Assembly (NCBI GenBank): GCA_023334545.1
Contig: JAADVB010000053.1
Span: 24,282 to 88,281, forward strand
Direction: 5' to 3'
Length of the DNA: 64,000 nt
From: Salisapilia sapeloensis CBS 127946
Taxonomy: Eukaryota > Protista > Oomycota
Part shown: piece after piece, positions 12,282 through 24,923 of the stretch
How positions within the stretch are numbered: position 1 is the first letter of the stretch
How the letters are laid out: each line of letters starts with the position of its first letter
Program-made: the position numbers and the translations under genes
The notes under the pieces: generated by a model
Seen by the model: only the letters and a program-made list of their open reading frames with translations
What the model was told of the DNA's origin: nothing
The model's database searches: none

Positions 12282-14503
12282 TCATGCTGCTTTCTTGGCT
12301 TTGGAGGTCGCGTCGCCATCCTTGGAACTAATTCTATCAATGTACTGCAGCAGTTGGCGCTGGGAGATGCTGCCATCGAGCCCAGGGATGCCGACGCCTT
12401 CGCTCGCGACGAACTTAAAGATCGGCTCATCGCTTTCGAAGCCGCCGAGGTTGTACGGCGCCTCCGTCGGCGTGTAGATGACTCCATCAACCTCATGCGT
12501 GACGCTCTTGCGGAATTTATCGAGCAAGTACTCGGTCTTGGCGATCCGAAAGTGGTCTTTCATGCGCACTCGAAACGGTTCTTGCGTATAGTCAAAAGTC
12601 GTATCTTGCTTCCGTGCAAGAATGATTTCGTTCTGGAGACACTGCAGTCGTTTCTCGAGCTTGGTGCGCCAGATCGGTTGTCCGTCGTGGAAGACAATGT
12701 CGAACGCCAGGAACCGCGGCACTTTGCGGTTCCCGTCCTGGTCTTCCACGAGGACACCATCGATCAGCGTATTCTTCTGAGACTCTAACGGTGCGCGTTT
12801 GCGAGGGAAGTGCATGTTCACTTTGGACAGCGACATGTCGCGACAGACCACGTACGTCCCACTCGTGTGTACGTAGAGGAGACACCGTCGACCGCGTGCC
12901 CTCCACGTGGACAGATAGGCTTTCGTAAGGCACCCCTTGCGGGCTTCTGCGCCAGCGGCGACGTGTGTGGCGGTTAGAGGGATGGCTTCGCACCCAGGGA
13001 AGCCTTGGACGCCAGTGAGCTTCTGCACTGCCTCGACGATCTCACTGTACGCGTCTGATGACGTCGGGACGGTCTCACCAAACTCTAGTGGCGCGACATC
13101 ATCTACCCACGACCGGATCTTCCGGCGTTTAGTCGGACGATCCGTCGACTCGGAGCTTGGCGGCTTGTAGCTTGGCGGTTTGTAGCTCGGTGGCTTGTAC
13201 GCTGGGACTGGTGCATGCCCGGAGCCACTGCGACTACGTGTTTTGCCTGTGACGTTTGCGGTGGCAGCTTCGGGTGCGTCGGTTTTTGGTGTCGCCCTCT
13301 GCTTGCGTTCGAATGGGACTTGCTTGTCTTGATCTGTGAGGACGTCGGGGCCTATTGTCTTGCCAGCGACGTTGTCTTGTCCGACTTCCATGTCCCACTT
13401 GGGTGGAGAGGGACATGCAATCGTTGAGCCTTGTGGTAGAGTGCTATGGTACTTGCGATAGAGACGCTAGAGACATCAGGAAGGATGTGAGCGATAGGTG
13501 GATTGTAGGAGGGGTATAAAAGTACCTCTAGATAGTGGTACGAGTAGATACCAGGCGCAACCGACTGTGCGAACTCTTCCAACGCCTTGTCGAGGTTTCT
13601 GTTGCAGTACTCGACCAAGTAGCTGCAGCATATACATTAGCATCTTGCTATAGATGACAGAGAGATGGGAAATACCTAACGAGAAGGAAGCCAACGAGGT
13701 TATATCCTCGACCGGCGAAGACGGCCACGTCTCTTTCGCCATCGCTGCTACTGCTCGTGTGCTTTTGCATCCGGTCGCAGAATTCCTGTACGATAGCGTC
13801 TTCATCATGAGTGGATGGAACGCCTAGATAGATAGAATCGACGTAAAGTGAGTCCAGCGTCACGTGAAAAGATAGAAGCAGTGGAAAGACCTTCATCTAA
13901 TCGAGCTGACAGCTTGGCGTACTTGACATCCCAATCATCCCATTCTCTACAGGTAAAAAGGGTGCGTTAGAGACATATTGTACAGAGTATAGGATAGAGC
14001 GTAGGAGATATGCACCCTCGGTCGTGGAAATAAATGTCACTGCCACTTGCATCGATGACGAGACCTAGATTGACCACAGTGCCGGAACGTCCTTGCGAGA
14101 TGAGCTTCTCCACGATAGCTGATGGAGTGAAATCCTCTTCGCCTTGCTCCATGTGCACTTCGTACCTACCATACGTGCCTTGATCAGTGTCAATTCATAA
14201 AGTGTCGAGACCTCTGCACTCGTTCCACCACAGTAGACGAATGCAATGTAATCGACGAATCAAATTGGGTACGTACAAGGTAGCGAGTGGCGTGCGCAGT
14301 GGGAGCAAGTGGGGGTCCATGAGATTGCCAAACGGTGGCATCTGACGATACTTGTGCCATTCCTCTGGCGTCCACTTGAGCAGTTTTCTCCCGCCGTTGC
14401 TGGCTGACGATAGCTTTGCACTATTCTCCTTCTTCTTCATTTCCTGCTGCTTCCTTTCATTCGCTAGACGCAGCTTGGCTGCGATCTCCGAGTGCGAGCT
14501 CAT
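12282..14503 (-). CDS. mRNA capping enzyme homologue (metazoan/plant-type triphosphatase + guanylyltransferase) with degenerate catalytic motifs
   Basis: Exons align collinearly to RNGTT: LLPLRTPL, LGLVIDAS, PGIY, FPGCEAIPL, LIDGVLV (III), FLAFDI (IIIa), DGVIY (IV). P-loop reads VFAGRGYNLVG and motif I reads WRARG. Confidence 0.85.
13155..13199 (-). repeat. Three tandem YKPPS pentapeptides in the interdomain linker
   Basis: Translation PAYKPPSYKPPSYKPPSSE; 15-nt units with synonymous differences. Confidence 0.9.
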
Positions 14504-14638
14504 ACCGCCGCTTTTTAAAATGAAAAAAGCGATCGAGATGGGTGGGGTAGATTTGTCCACAGATATATTGCGGAGGGTATTCATTTACACTGTCAAAGAG
14601 CTAAACCTACGTGTGCCACCACATCTCGAAAGGTCGTG

Positions 14639-17375
14639 ATGTCGTCCACGAAGCACCCACCAAGCTATGACCAAGCTCCTACTTCGACCTGGTATCGGGA
14701 GGATGGACCACAGTCGGAGCGGTCAAAGAGACTGAAAGCTCTGACATCGGAAGATAGTCCTCCCATAACTACGAAACCAGTGGCTTCGTTACCAGAAATA
14801 CCTCCCGTCGGAGTCGAGACGTCCGAGTCGGAGCTCTTGCGTGCTCGAGCAGAAGAAGAGAAGAACTTTTTGACAGGATATGTTGAAAGGCTGCTCAATC
14901 AGCTACGTGAATTGTTGGAAAAGTATGGCGAATTAGACAAACTGCCTTCGCTAACCAACTCGCTTCATGCAGCTTTCGAAACGGATGTGGACACTTCGGA
15001 GCCACTTCCGTCCTGGATGACCGCAAAGGACTGCCTGAATCCGGTTTTCCAGGCTTATGACGGAAAGATAAAAGAGCTGGTAGGTTTCTACGTTGTTTCC
15101 ATTCTATCGAATAGTTCATTGAATCGTAAGTAGGAAGCCATGCTGGCAGATAATACCAAGTCCATGGAGAATGTATCCTCCAGAGCAGAAGCTATTGCGA
15201 AAGAGAACACGACACTTCGCCAGTACACTTTCTTGATAGTCTTAAAGACTGGATAGGTGAGGAATTGATACATGTTGGAATTAGAGAGCTGGAGGCAGCA
15301 GGAGAACGAGCTGTCTTGCAGGAGGCAAAAGGCAGAGAAGACTTTTTATCGACGGACATGACTACTCTAGCAGATGAAGAGGCGCTGCAGCAAATGGGGG
15401 AGCGAGTGGAGATATTCATGTCGGTACGCTTTGATCAGCACTCTTCTGTTTTTTCATCCAGAGTGCCTAACTGCTGAAACAGGAAAATCGAATGCTATCC
15501 GAGCAAATTTCGTTGCAAGAAGATGAACTCCAGAGCTTGCGCAAGACGATAGAAGGCAAGGACCAACGGATTCAGACGCTAGAACAACACTTCAACCAAG
15601 TCTCTTTGGCATTGCAACAACAGAAGAGTACATGTCAGTCACTGGAGCAGGAACGAGCTTCATGCGAAAACTTGCTACAACAACATGCTATTACTGCAGG
15701 ACGAGAGCATGCAGAGAAGGAAGAGCTCAAGTCTCAGATCCATGCTCTTCAGTCTGCACAGGAAAGCTCTAGCGACCATCTTCAACAGTATGAAGAGCTA
15801 CTGGCGAACGCGAAGAAGTCAGCTTCTAAAAAGGAGGATCAGTTCACGCAACGTTACCAGACCGTTTGTACTCGGTTAAAAGATTTAAACAGCCAGGTCA
15901 CAGCTAAAGAGAGTAAGATCGATGAGCTGGAGGAGAAGAACCGAGAGCTCGAGTCGGAGCTAGATACAGTGAAACAGGATTGTGAAGGCATGCTGAATGT
16001 GTTAACGAGAATGGAGAAGCAGTTGAGTCAATATGCTTCGAGGGAGGAAGCCGTGACAGAGCTAGAGACACAGAGTAAGGTGCGTGTGGAGGAAGTTACG
16101 TTGGAAAAGGAACAGATTGAAGCTCGAGAATCCTTTGCACGACAAGAGATCACGCAGCTACTGGAACGTCTAAAGCGAGAGAGCGAGCAGCATGTCAAGG
16201 AGATGCAGGAGAAAGGGGACGCCGTGACGAAGAAGCTGTCAGATAAGCTTACCCGTTCCCAAGAGAAGGCGCAGCGTCTAGAGGAAGACTGGACACAAGT
16301 ACGGACGAAATTGGATGCTGTCACGAGACAGAAGCAGCAGACGGAAAAGGAGCTCGAAGATCTTCGTCAGCACAGTCTAGAAGCGAAGAAGCAGTTTGAA
16401 TACCACTTAAAGTTGAATAAAGAGAGAGCTTTGGCAGCGGAAGAAGAACGTGATGCATTGCGTATGGGTACAGCAGAGATGGAAGAGAAGATCAAGGCTA
16501 AAGGTGATGAGCTCCAGACACTTCATGAAGAACATAAAGCTTTGGTTCGGTCGAGCGGACAGAAAGTGGTGAGGCTGCAGGAAGAAATAGGTCGACTAGC
16601 ATCCCAGGTAAAGCAGCAATCTCTCGAGCTGGAAGACAAGAGTCATCGCCTCAGTCAATGCCAAGGAAAGCTCGCCAAGGCCGAGGCAGAAGTCAACACC
16701 AAAGTCGATCGGGAGGTTGGATCGTTGCGTGACCAAAATCGACGATTACAAGCGCAGTTATCGGACGCAGAGGTTCGGCTAGCAGAAACAACAAAGCAGA
16801 CATCATTTTCATCCGATGCGAGTCGACGAGAGCTAGAGCGAACCGTCGAAAAGTGGAGAAAGGAAGTGGAAACTTTGGAACGGTCCTCTACTATACTAAA
16901 AGAAGACCGTCAACAGACTGAAAAAGCTCGGCAGGAGCTAGCAGCAAAAGCCAAGACACTGTCCTTGCAGATACTTCATATGAGCGAGGAATTACAAGAA
17001 GTTAAAGAGCAATTGAATGATCGAGACCAGGAGCTGGAAGAGAGTGAGCAGAAGATTAACGAGCTGAGCAGCCAGCTTACTGTCTCCTTTTCCAAACAGC
17101 AGCAAGCGTATCGTCAGGAACGAGAGACGAAAATCGCGAGAGAGAAACTCGTTCTGGAAAAGGCCCGAGTCGAACGTGAGCTCTCGCTTTGTCGGAAGAA
17201 ACTGGAGGCTGCGAATGGAGAACAGACAAAGCGTGGACAGTTTATGCTTAAAGATGCTTCCGTGCATCGTCAGAGTCGATTGCTATCGTACTCGCCATCG
17301 CCAAGCAGACACAAGCAAGAGGAGGCTGCACAAGTAGAGCCACTACCCCGATCTCCCAGTAGTTTACATTCGTAA
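14639..17375 (+). CDS. Long coiled-coil protein, possibly centriolar (SCLT1/CEP89-like N-terminus)
   Basis: Heptad-rich over about 600 aa. Motif LPSWMTAKDCLNPVFQAYDGKIKEL resembles LxPLxxxYD of distal-appendage proteins. Family call is tentative. Confidence 0.65.
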
Positions 17376-17454
17376 TATAGAGCAAAATCTCAACTATAGA
17401 AAGCTTGGACAGCACTACTGATCTTGTATTTCGAATTGTTTGTTATGTTCTTCC

Positions 17455-19373
17455 TTACTTGCTAAAGCACAGACTGGCGTTTGTGCCTCCAAAGCCAAAA
17501 GAATTGGAGAGCACTGCCTTGAGGTCTTTCTCCTGCGGCTCATTCGGAACGTAATTGAGCTTCAAGTCGTCCGTTGTCTCGTGCAAGTTTAGCGTCGGAG
17601 GCATCACGTTCTACGTTTCATAGACGCAATCGATGAGAGATGATCTAGTACTTATGGCTGTGTAGATAGAACTTACGTGGTGGAGAGCTTTGATAGCGAA
17701 GATGGCTTCGACAGCACCTGCAGCTCCCAAGAGATGGCCGACAGCTCCCTTTAGTATGCGATAAAGATCATGTTAGTCGAGTTAGCTGGGACTTGATGCT
17801 TGCATGCACGAACCTTGGTGGACGAAACACCGAGTGATGCTGCGTGCTCTTTGAACAACGTCTCAATGGCTTGGCTTTCGGCGACGTCACCAAGCGGCGT
17901 AGAGGTGGCATGGGCATTGATGTAGCCGACGTCTTCCAGACGGAGTCCTGACTGCTTCATTGCAGCCGCCATAGCTCTAAGTAGCACATATCAGCTACGT
18001 ACGTCTTGTACGAATCGTATGAGAGCTTACCGCCTGGCACCGTCTCCACCTTCAGGGGGTGCTGTCATATGATGACTATCGCCGCTCATGCCGTACCCTC
18101 GAACTTCTGCATAGATCCGAGCTCCACGCTGTTTTGCATGCTCATAGTCCTGCCGTCATCGATCGGATAGATAAGTTTCTACATCTTATATCAGCTACTA
18201 ACATGATTATCTACCTCCAGCACGACGACACCAGCTCCCTCGCCAATCACAAATCCATTTCGACGGCTATCAAAAGGTCGAGATGCTTCCCATGGCGTGT
18301 CATTAAACTACAGCTCAAGGATTGAGTACCACTTGTAGATAGATCAAGTCTTGGTAGTTTATACCTTGGTCGTTAACGCTTGGGCACGAAGGAAACCACA
18401 GAGAGCTATTTGATTAAGCATGGACTCAGTTCCACCAGCGATCATGACGTCTGCATCGCCATGACGAATGATCCGAGCGGCATCACCAATGCTATGGCTG
18501 CCTGTGGTGCAGGCCGTGACGGCCGAGTGGTTTGGTCCCTATGTTTCGAAGTATGTGTTAGCGCTGATGATAAGTGGACGTGTGGCTTCATATACTTTGA
18601 GCCCATGTTCGATGCTGATGTGTCCAGCAGCTAGATTGATCAGGATTCGAGGGATGAAGAAAGGGGACACACGACGGAATTTCTGTCAAGTCGAGTAAGT
18701 AGGGTAGTTTTGGATAAGCACCAGCTACTTGGTATAACAGATCAAGTACCTTGTCTCGTACGAGCTGCCCGACATCAACAATCTCTTCGATATTACCCAT
18801 CCCAGATCCGACAGCAACACCCTACATGAAGCAGGATGGATCTGTCAGCTCGACGTCAGTAGCTATAGTCACGATGTCCACATACAGCTCGTTCACTCTC
18901 CTCGTCGGTCTCGGGTTTCCATCCTGAATCCTGAATAGCCTCCGAAGCTGCACGAAATCAGTAATATACCACGTATTCATCTTAAAATGGCTCTTCAAGT
19001 ACCTGCAGCAAGAGCGTACGAGATGAAATTGACGTCTTGTGTGCGAAGACTTTTGACATCGACCCAGTCTCGGGCGTTAAACGCTCCATCTTGATCGCCA
19101 CGAGGTACGGGCGCACCAATGGTACATCCGAGACCACTTTCAACAAATTCATCGATAGACTAAGCAACTAGTATCAATAAAAACCATTGCAAGCAAGACA
19201 GGTCGAAAAGGTACCTTGATGGCACATTTAGATGCTAGCAGTGCATTCCAGGCACGATCGACTCCGACGCCAAACGGAGTTACAGCACCTAGACCTGTGA
19301 CTACGACACGTCGCGTTGGTGCCGGTGGTGGGGCTTTGAAAGCTAGCTCTGCCAGTCGCTGCGTTGGTCTCAT
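17455..19373 (-). CDS. fabF: Beta-ketoacyl-ACP synthase II (FabF / mitochondrial OXSM-type), many introns
   Basis: [15 protein letters not shown], catalytic [48 protein letters not shown]. Confidence 0.93.
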
Positions 19374-19798
19374 GTCTGCGAAAACAAAAGGTCGCACATA
19401 TCGAAACGTCAGATCTACTTCCTTCCAAACGTCGGATACAGCTAGATTGAGTAGTACTGGAATATGTAGAGGGATGGAACCGAAGCGAATGTCTCCAGAG
19501 CTTGTCACGCACTCAATCCAAAATACAGATTGATCCTGAAAGCTTTTCGCGGTTTCTGGTGCGTGACGTTTAAATCTTGAACCGTTGTACCCTGAAACGA
19601 TGCATCCATATCATGGCTGGCACTAGAGGTGTAAGCTTTCTTTGCAATAGAAGAGATATTGTACAAATTCAAGGTGGTAGAGATATGCTTTTCAGCAGAG
19701 CGACCCTAGTAACTTGCTGGAAGGAAGTTTCTTAGCTTTACGGAAGTATTTATTTTGGCGTAGTAACTAAGGAAGTTCGTCCTGCTCATGGCTCTCGA

Positions 19799-19812
19799 GC
19801 TCATTTCACAAC
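19799..19812 (+). promoter_or_regulatory. Oomycete Inr-like core promoter of 5'-nucleotidase A
   Basis: GCTCATTTCACAAC lies about 35 nt before the ATG at 19847 and matches GCTCATTY. Confidence 0.55.
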
Positions 19813-19846
19813 TCACCATCTCCAACCAACATCAAACTCCATCATC

Positions 19847-21480
19847 ATGCGCATACAAAGTGCATTCGTCTCCGTCCTTTCATTTCTTGTGGTAACTTGG
19901 GCGACAGCTGATCGCATTCCGACTGCCACGATCGATGTCCTGGCCTATGCGGATGTGTACGATATGGAGCCTTCCGAAGCGGACGGGCAACTCGTCGGCG
20001 GACCGTCTCGAGTGGTGCCTATTGTCCAGCATATGCGAGAGTCGAACCCGAACAGCCTCGTTCTCTTCTCTGGTGACACCATGTCTCCATCCCTCTGGTC
20101 ATCTCACTTCCATGGCATGCAAATGGTCGAAGTCCACAACGCCATCGGTATTGATGCTGCCTGCCTTGGTATGTCTCTGTTGATGCTATTCGTAAATGAC
20201 ATGCTGATCCACTCTTGTTTGTAGGCAATCATGACTTTGACTACGGCCTCGATGGCTTTTTGAAAGTGGCTCAAGCGTCCAAGTTTCCATGGCTCAATGC
20301 CAACGTTTTCGATAAGAAGACGAACAAGCTGATCCAAGGCACGCAAGCGAACACAATCATTAGCTTGAAAGATAAAGACGGGAACTGCTTCAAAGTCGGT
20401 ATATTCGGCGTCATGTACGAACTCAACTCGAAAAGCTCTGGAGCGTATTGGACGAACCCGATCAAGGCTGCAAAGAAGCAAGTGCGGATCTTGCGCAGAA
20501 GGGAGAAAGTGGACATGGTCATTGCACTCACTCATCAGACTGCGCTCGACGATGAGCTGCTTGCCACGTCGGTAAAAGGGATTGACGTCATCTACGGTGG
20601 TCACGATCATGTGTCGATGCTACAAGAAGGACAACTGACGCCGTACATCAAGCCTGAACAAGACTTTAGATCGATTTGGACGACCAAGCTCGAGTACTTC
20701 GCTAAGCAAAAAGGCACAAAGGCACATACGAAGATGACGCATACCTCACTTGCTATCGTGGAAGACATGCCGACGGACCCAGTGATGGATAGCAAGATTG
20801 CTGTATACGCGCAGGAAATGGAGTCTATCAACGGTGTCAAAGTTGGCGAGCTCTGTCGTGACTTGGATGTGCAAAAGACTGTCGTTCGCTACCAAGATTG
20901 CGATGCCGGACACCTCTTTGCGGATAGTTTCCTACACTTGTACGATGACGTCCAGCCAGATGCTGCGGTCATGAATGGAGGAGGTATCCGTGGTGACAAG
21001 GTCCTGCCTGCTGGAGATCTTACGATCGGTGACGTGAATGCATTATCACCATTCAGTAACCTGCTGGTGGTATGTGAGGCAAGTGGCGCATCGCTCAAGC
21101 AATTCGTCACCTATGAGATGCAAGCCAGCTGCGGTGATGGTGCTTTGAACGCAAACGGTTACTTTGTCCATCCGGGAGGTTTCAAGTACACCTTCGAGTG
21201 CACTGGTAATGACGTTGGCGAGCTGACGTCTATCGAATGGCATCTCCACCCGAGTCGAAGTGGTGCTGTTCAAGACGACGAGAGCATCATCATTGCCATG
21301 AGCGAGTTCATCTATACGACGGAGTTTGTCGAAGCGATCAGCGCCGAGTCGACACTTTTGATCGGTAGCAATGAAGCAAAGCTGCAAAACTTGGCTGTCG
21401 AGAACTTTATCAAGAACGCACCAGAGAATACGATCTGCTTTGATGAGGATAGCCGAGTTACGATTACCACGAGAGCTTGA
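19847..21480 (+). CDS. Secreted 5'-nucleotidase/apyrase-like metallophosphoesterase A
   Basis: Signal-peptide-like N-terminus. Motifs ADVY, SGDT, GNHDF (split by an intron at about 20169-20225), LTHQ, GGHDH, MNGGGIRG. Confidence 0.92.
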
Positions 21481-21848
21481 TTTTCTCATCTGCAGTCGGC
21501 TGTCTACTTACATAATACGATTTTCCTGCTACATACGCGTTCGCCAAAGATATTTATTTAAGCGTCGATAGCTAGTAATATGAGATAGATACGTTGAACA
21601 ATACGGAGCAGAGATACAGATCGTGGCACATCAATCTTGGCAGGATGTATCGCAAGGTCGTGGTAACACAATCGACAGCTGAGATCAGTATCTGGATGAG
21701 TAGGTACGTTCGTTCATCCTGAGGGCCATCTAGCGGGTTTTGGGTGGCAGAAATGAATAATCAGGCACGACCCATCAATCGGACGCTCCTTTTCGGATTA
21801 CGATCGGACCGGAGATCGGCCATTTAAGTTTTAAACTCCTCCCACAAC

Positions 21849-23468
21849 ATGCACTTTTGGGCAGCTCTCGCAGGCGTGCTGTCGATTGCCACAGCGGAAG
21901 CATCTCGCAGCTTCTCGGCCAAGATCGATGTGCTCGCCTATGCCGACGTATACGAGATGAAACCGGTCGAGAAGGATGGTATGCTCGTCGGTGGTCCATC
22001 CCGAGTGATTCCCATTGTAAAGGACATGCGAGAGAAGAACCCGAACAGCCTCGTTCTCTTCTCCGGTGACACCATGTCTCCTTCCCTCTGGTCATCTCAA
22101 TTCCACGGCATGCAAATGGTCGAAGCTCATAATGCCATTGGTGTCGACGCAGCTTGTCTAGGTGCCTCTCCTTCTACCCATCGTTTTACTACTATTGCTC
22201 ACAAGACTATTCGTATAGGCAACCACGAGTTTGATTTTGGACTAGAAGGCTTCCGAAACGTTTCGGAAGCATCCAACTTTCCATGGCTGAATGCTAATGT
22301 CTATGAGAATGCGACCGATGAGCTCTTGACGGGTACCCAAGCTAACCTCGTCCTCAATTTCACAGATGTCCAGGGAAAGCCGTTTACGATCGGGCTCTTT
22401 GGCGTCATGTATCAACTCAACTCGACCAAGACGGGTGCGTACTGGACCGATCCGATTGAAGCAGCGCGAGAGCAAGTGAAAATCTTGCGCGACGAAAAGA
22501 AAGTGGATATGGTCATCGCACTCACGCACCAGACGTACGAGGACGACAATGTATTTTCAGACCAAGTCGACGGCATTGACGTCATCTACGCCGGGCATGA
22601 CCACATCCCGATCCTCCAAACGGCATATGGCACGCCGTACATGAAAACTGACCAGGACTTTAAAACGGTATGGACGTCCACCCTCGAGTTCTTCCCAGCG
22701 CTAGGGGATGACGCTGCCGTCACGCGCATGAAACACGATCTCGTTCCAATTGTAGAGGACATGCCTACGGATCCGGAGCTGGACGAAACGATTTCAAAGT
22801 TTGCTGATGAAGTTGAAAAGATCTACAGCAAAGTTATCGGGTCGCTGTGCGTGGATTTGGACATTACCCAAAATCTTGTGCGTGGTAAGGACGCTCCTAT
22901 CGGTCACCTCTTCACGGACTCTTTCCTTGACTTCTACCAAGACCAAAAAGTGGATGCGTCGGTGATGAATGGTGGTGGGATTCGTGGTGACAACGTCCTC
23001 TCTGCTGGCGACCTCACGCTCGGAGATGTTGCTGCGCTCTCTCCTTTTGGTAACCTCGTAATGGTTATCGAGACGGATGGTGCTTCTCTTAAGAAGTACA
23101 TCGAGAGTGAGATGCAAGCGACGTGCGGCTATGGTAGCGTGAAGCTTAATGGCTTCTTCGTTCATCCAGGTGGCTTCAAGTATGAATTCGCTTGCACAGG
23201 AAATAATGTAGGCAAAATCAAGAGCATCGAGTGGTTCAATCACCCGACTCGAAGTGGTGCCATTCAAGACAGCGACACCCTTGTGCTTGCGCTCAGTGAC
23301 TTCCTTTACCAGGATGAGTTCCTTCCACTCGAGGGCACGACGTCCAAAGTCCTCGTGGACGAAAATGAAGCCAAACTCCAGGATGTGGCTGTCGAAGACT
23401 ACATCAAAGCGCTGCCAGATAAAGATGTCTGCTTGAAGGATGAATCCCGCGTGACGGTCACTTTTTAA
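21849..23468 (+). CDS. Secreted 5'-nucleotidase/apyrase-like metallophosphoesterase B (tandem paralogue)
   Basis: Same motif set (GNHEF, AGHDH) and a retained in-frame intron at the same G|NH position as copy A. Confidence 0.92.
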   Translation: MHFWAALAGVLSIATAEASRSFSAKIDVLAYADVYEMKPVEKDGMLVGGPSRVIPIVKDMREKNPNSLVLFSGDTMSPSLWSSQFHGMQMVEAHNAIGVDAACLGASPSTHRFTTIAHKTIRIGNHEFDFGLEGFRNVSEASNFPWLNANVYENATDELLTGTQANLVLNFTDVQGKPFTIGLFGVMYQLNSTKTGAYWTDPIEAAREQVKILRDEKKVDMVIALTHQTYEDDNVFSDQVDGIDVIYAGHDHIPILQTAYGTPYMKTDQDFKTVWTSTLEFFPALGDDAAVTRMKHDLVPIVEDMPTDPELDETISKFADEVEKIYSKVIGSLCVDLDITQNLVRGKDAPIGHLFTDSFLDFYQDQKVDASVMNGGGIRGDNVLSAGDLTLGDVAALSPFGNLVMVIETDGASLKKYIESEMQATCGYGSVKLNGFFVHPGGFKYEFACTGNNVGKIKSIEWFNHPTRSGAIQDSDTLVLALSDFLYQDEFLPLEGTTSKVLVDENEAKLQDVAVEDYIKALPDKDVCLKDESRVTVTF

Positions 23469-23863
23469 TTGTTGATATCCATAACTAAATTGGGTCTAAA
23501 GTTTGATTGAAATTCATGAATAAATGCATTCTCCTTCTTTTGTTTCCTGTTTAAGATACGTGGATACTGCTCAGTAGTACTGCTATGAGGAATTGGGTTG
23601 GTCTTGTGCGTTTATAAAGCACTCTGTTTTCTTTCTCGGTTACCACTTTACGAAATTGAAATGGACATCATATTCAACTTTATGGAAGCAAGCTACAGCC
23701 GATGCGTTGTGCAACTCGTAAAGTAGCGCGAATGTATATGCTTACCAGTACGTACAGACGAGTTGCGTTAAAGAGTAGCTTGCAATGACTTATCAAATCC
23801 AAACTTACAACGTTTATAAAGAAAGCGATGATGAATAAACAGGATATTGATTCATGCTACGAT

Positions 23864-24465
23864 CTAATGGTCTTTTTGCTGCCGAAGAGAGTTTATGACA
23901 GAAGAAATGCCAATGTATGAATGTAAGGGTGTCTCAATGAAGCGAAGACGATTCCAGAACGAGGTAAAAGGTAGTCCGATGCAGTGTAGATGCAGATGCG
24001 ATACGGATGCAAATGGAGGTCGGTGGAAACCAAACCTAGAGTACGGTATAGAATGGTTAGCAAGGTATGATCGGTATTGCAATTCGAAATCTAACCTGCA
24101 GTCGGATGATGGGTTGTAGCCTTCTTTAGTCATCATCTCCTTTCCTGTCTCAAGCATGTGCTCTACTACAATTGACACATCGGTCACTGCCTTGCTCCCT
24201 TGCCTAGTGCAGAGTATAGGAAGACATACACAGTTCTGTATCGTTCGCTTGGAGTGCATCCACGTTGTCGATATGCCTCTTGGGGACGATGAGCAAGTGT
24301 TTGGCTGCTCTTGGACGGCGATCTTGTATTGCAAAGACGGTCGAGTCCTGCATAATACTGTTACGAGACCTCTCATGCATCTAAAGAAGCCAAACGTACC
24401 TCGTAAAGCACGCGTTGCCGAGCTGCCAAGGCCGATAGATCACAGAATATGCATTTCGCAGCCAT
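23864..24465 (-). CDS. HINT3: Histidine triad nucleotide-binding protein, HINT3-like; 2 introns
   Basis: MAAKCIFCD, KHLLVIPKRHI, RFGFHRPPFASVSHLHLHCIG. Confidence 0.88.
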
Positions 24466-24923
24466 TTGGCGCTTGATGTCCAGAAGTTATGGCGTGTATC
24501 CGGAAAGGTTGTTATCAAATTCCGACAGCATTTTCATCTACTTTCTCACTCTACTCAACATCTTTCCGATTCTTCTTCGAATGATGCATCTCGACCTAGT
24601 ATCTCCATTTCCATCTAGATCCATTTCGGCGTAACTTGCATGAGGATATCTTATCGTTACTTCAAGAAGGAAATTTCTAATTCCAAGGAATATCTTTGCA
24701 TGCGCCTGTTCAAGCTTGTCAGTATCTTGTCCTTCTCCTTACTTCCAACCTCGAGGTCTTCATTCTAGCTGTTGCCATCGGGAACAAGCTCTCGTTTGTG
24801 CAGCAGATCCTCCTTGTGCACACTTAAGTGCCACTTCAGCGTGAAGCACATCGAAACAGCTTTCAGACGGGAGAGGACGGCTCGAGGTCACTGGGTTGGT
24901 CCATACGTTCTTGACACTCCACC

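Noticed and set aside
19847-23468. RxLR or Crinkler effector signatures in the secreted proteins
   Set aside because: No RxLR-dEER or LFLAK motif follows the signal peptides.
24590-24640. EMDLDGNGD, an EF-hand-like string on the minus strand
   Set aside because: It sits in a short stop-bounded frame in the HINT3/SDR intergenic region, without the position-12 Glu or a partner hand.
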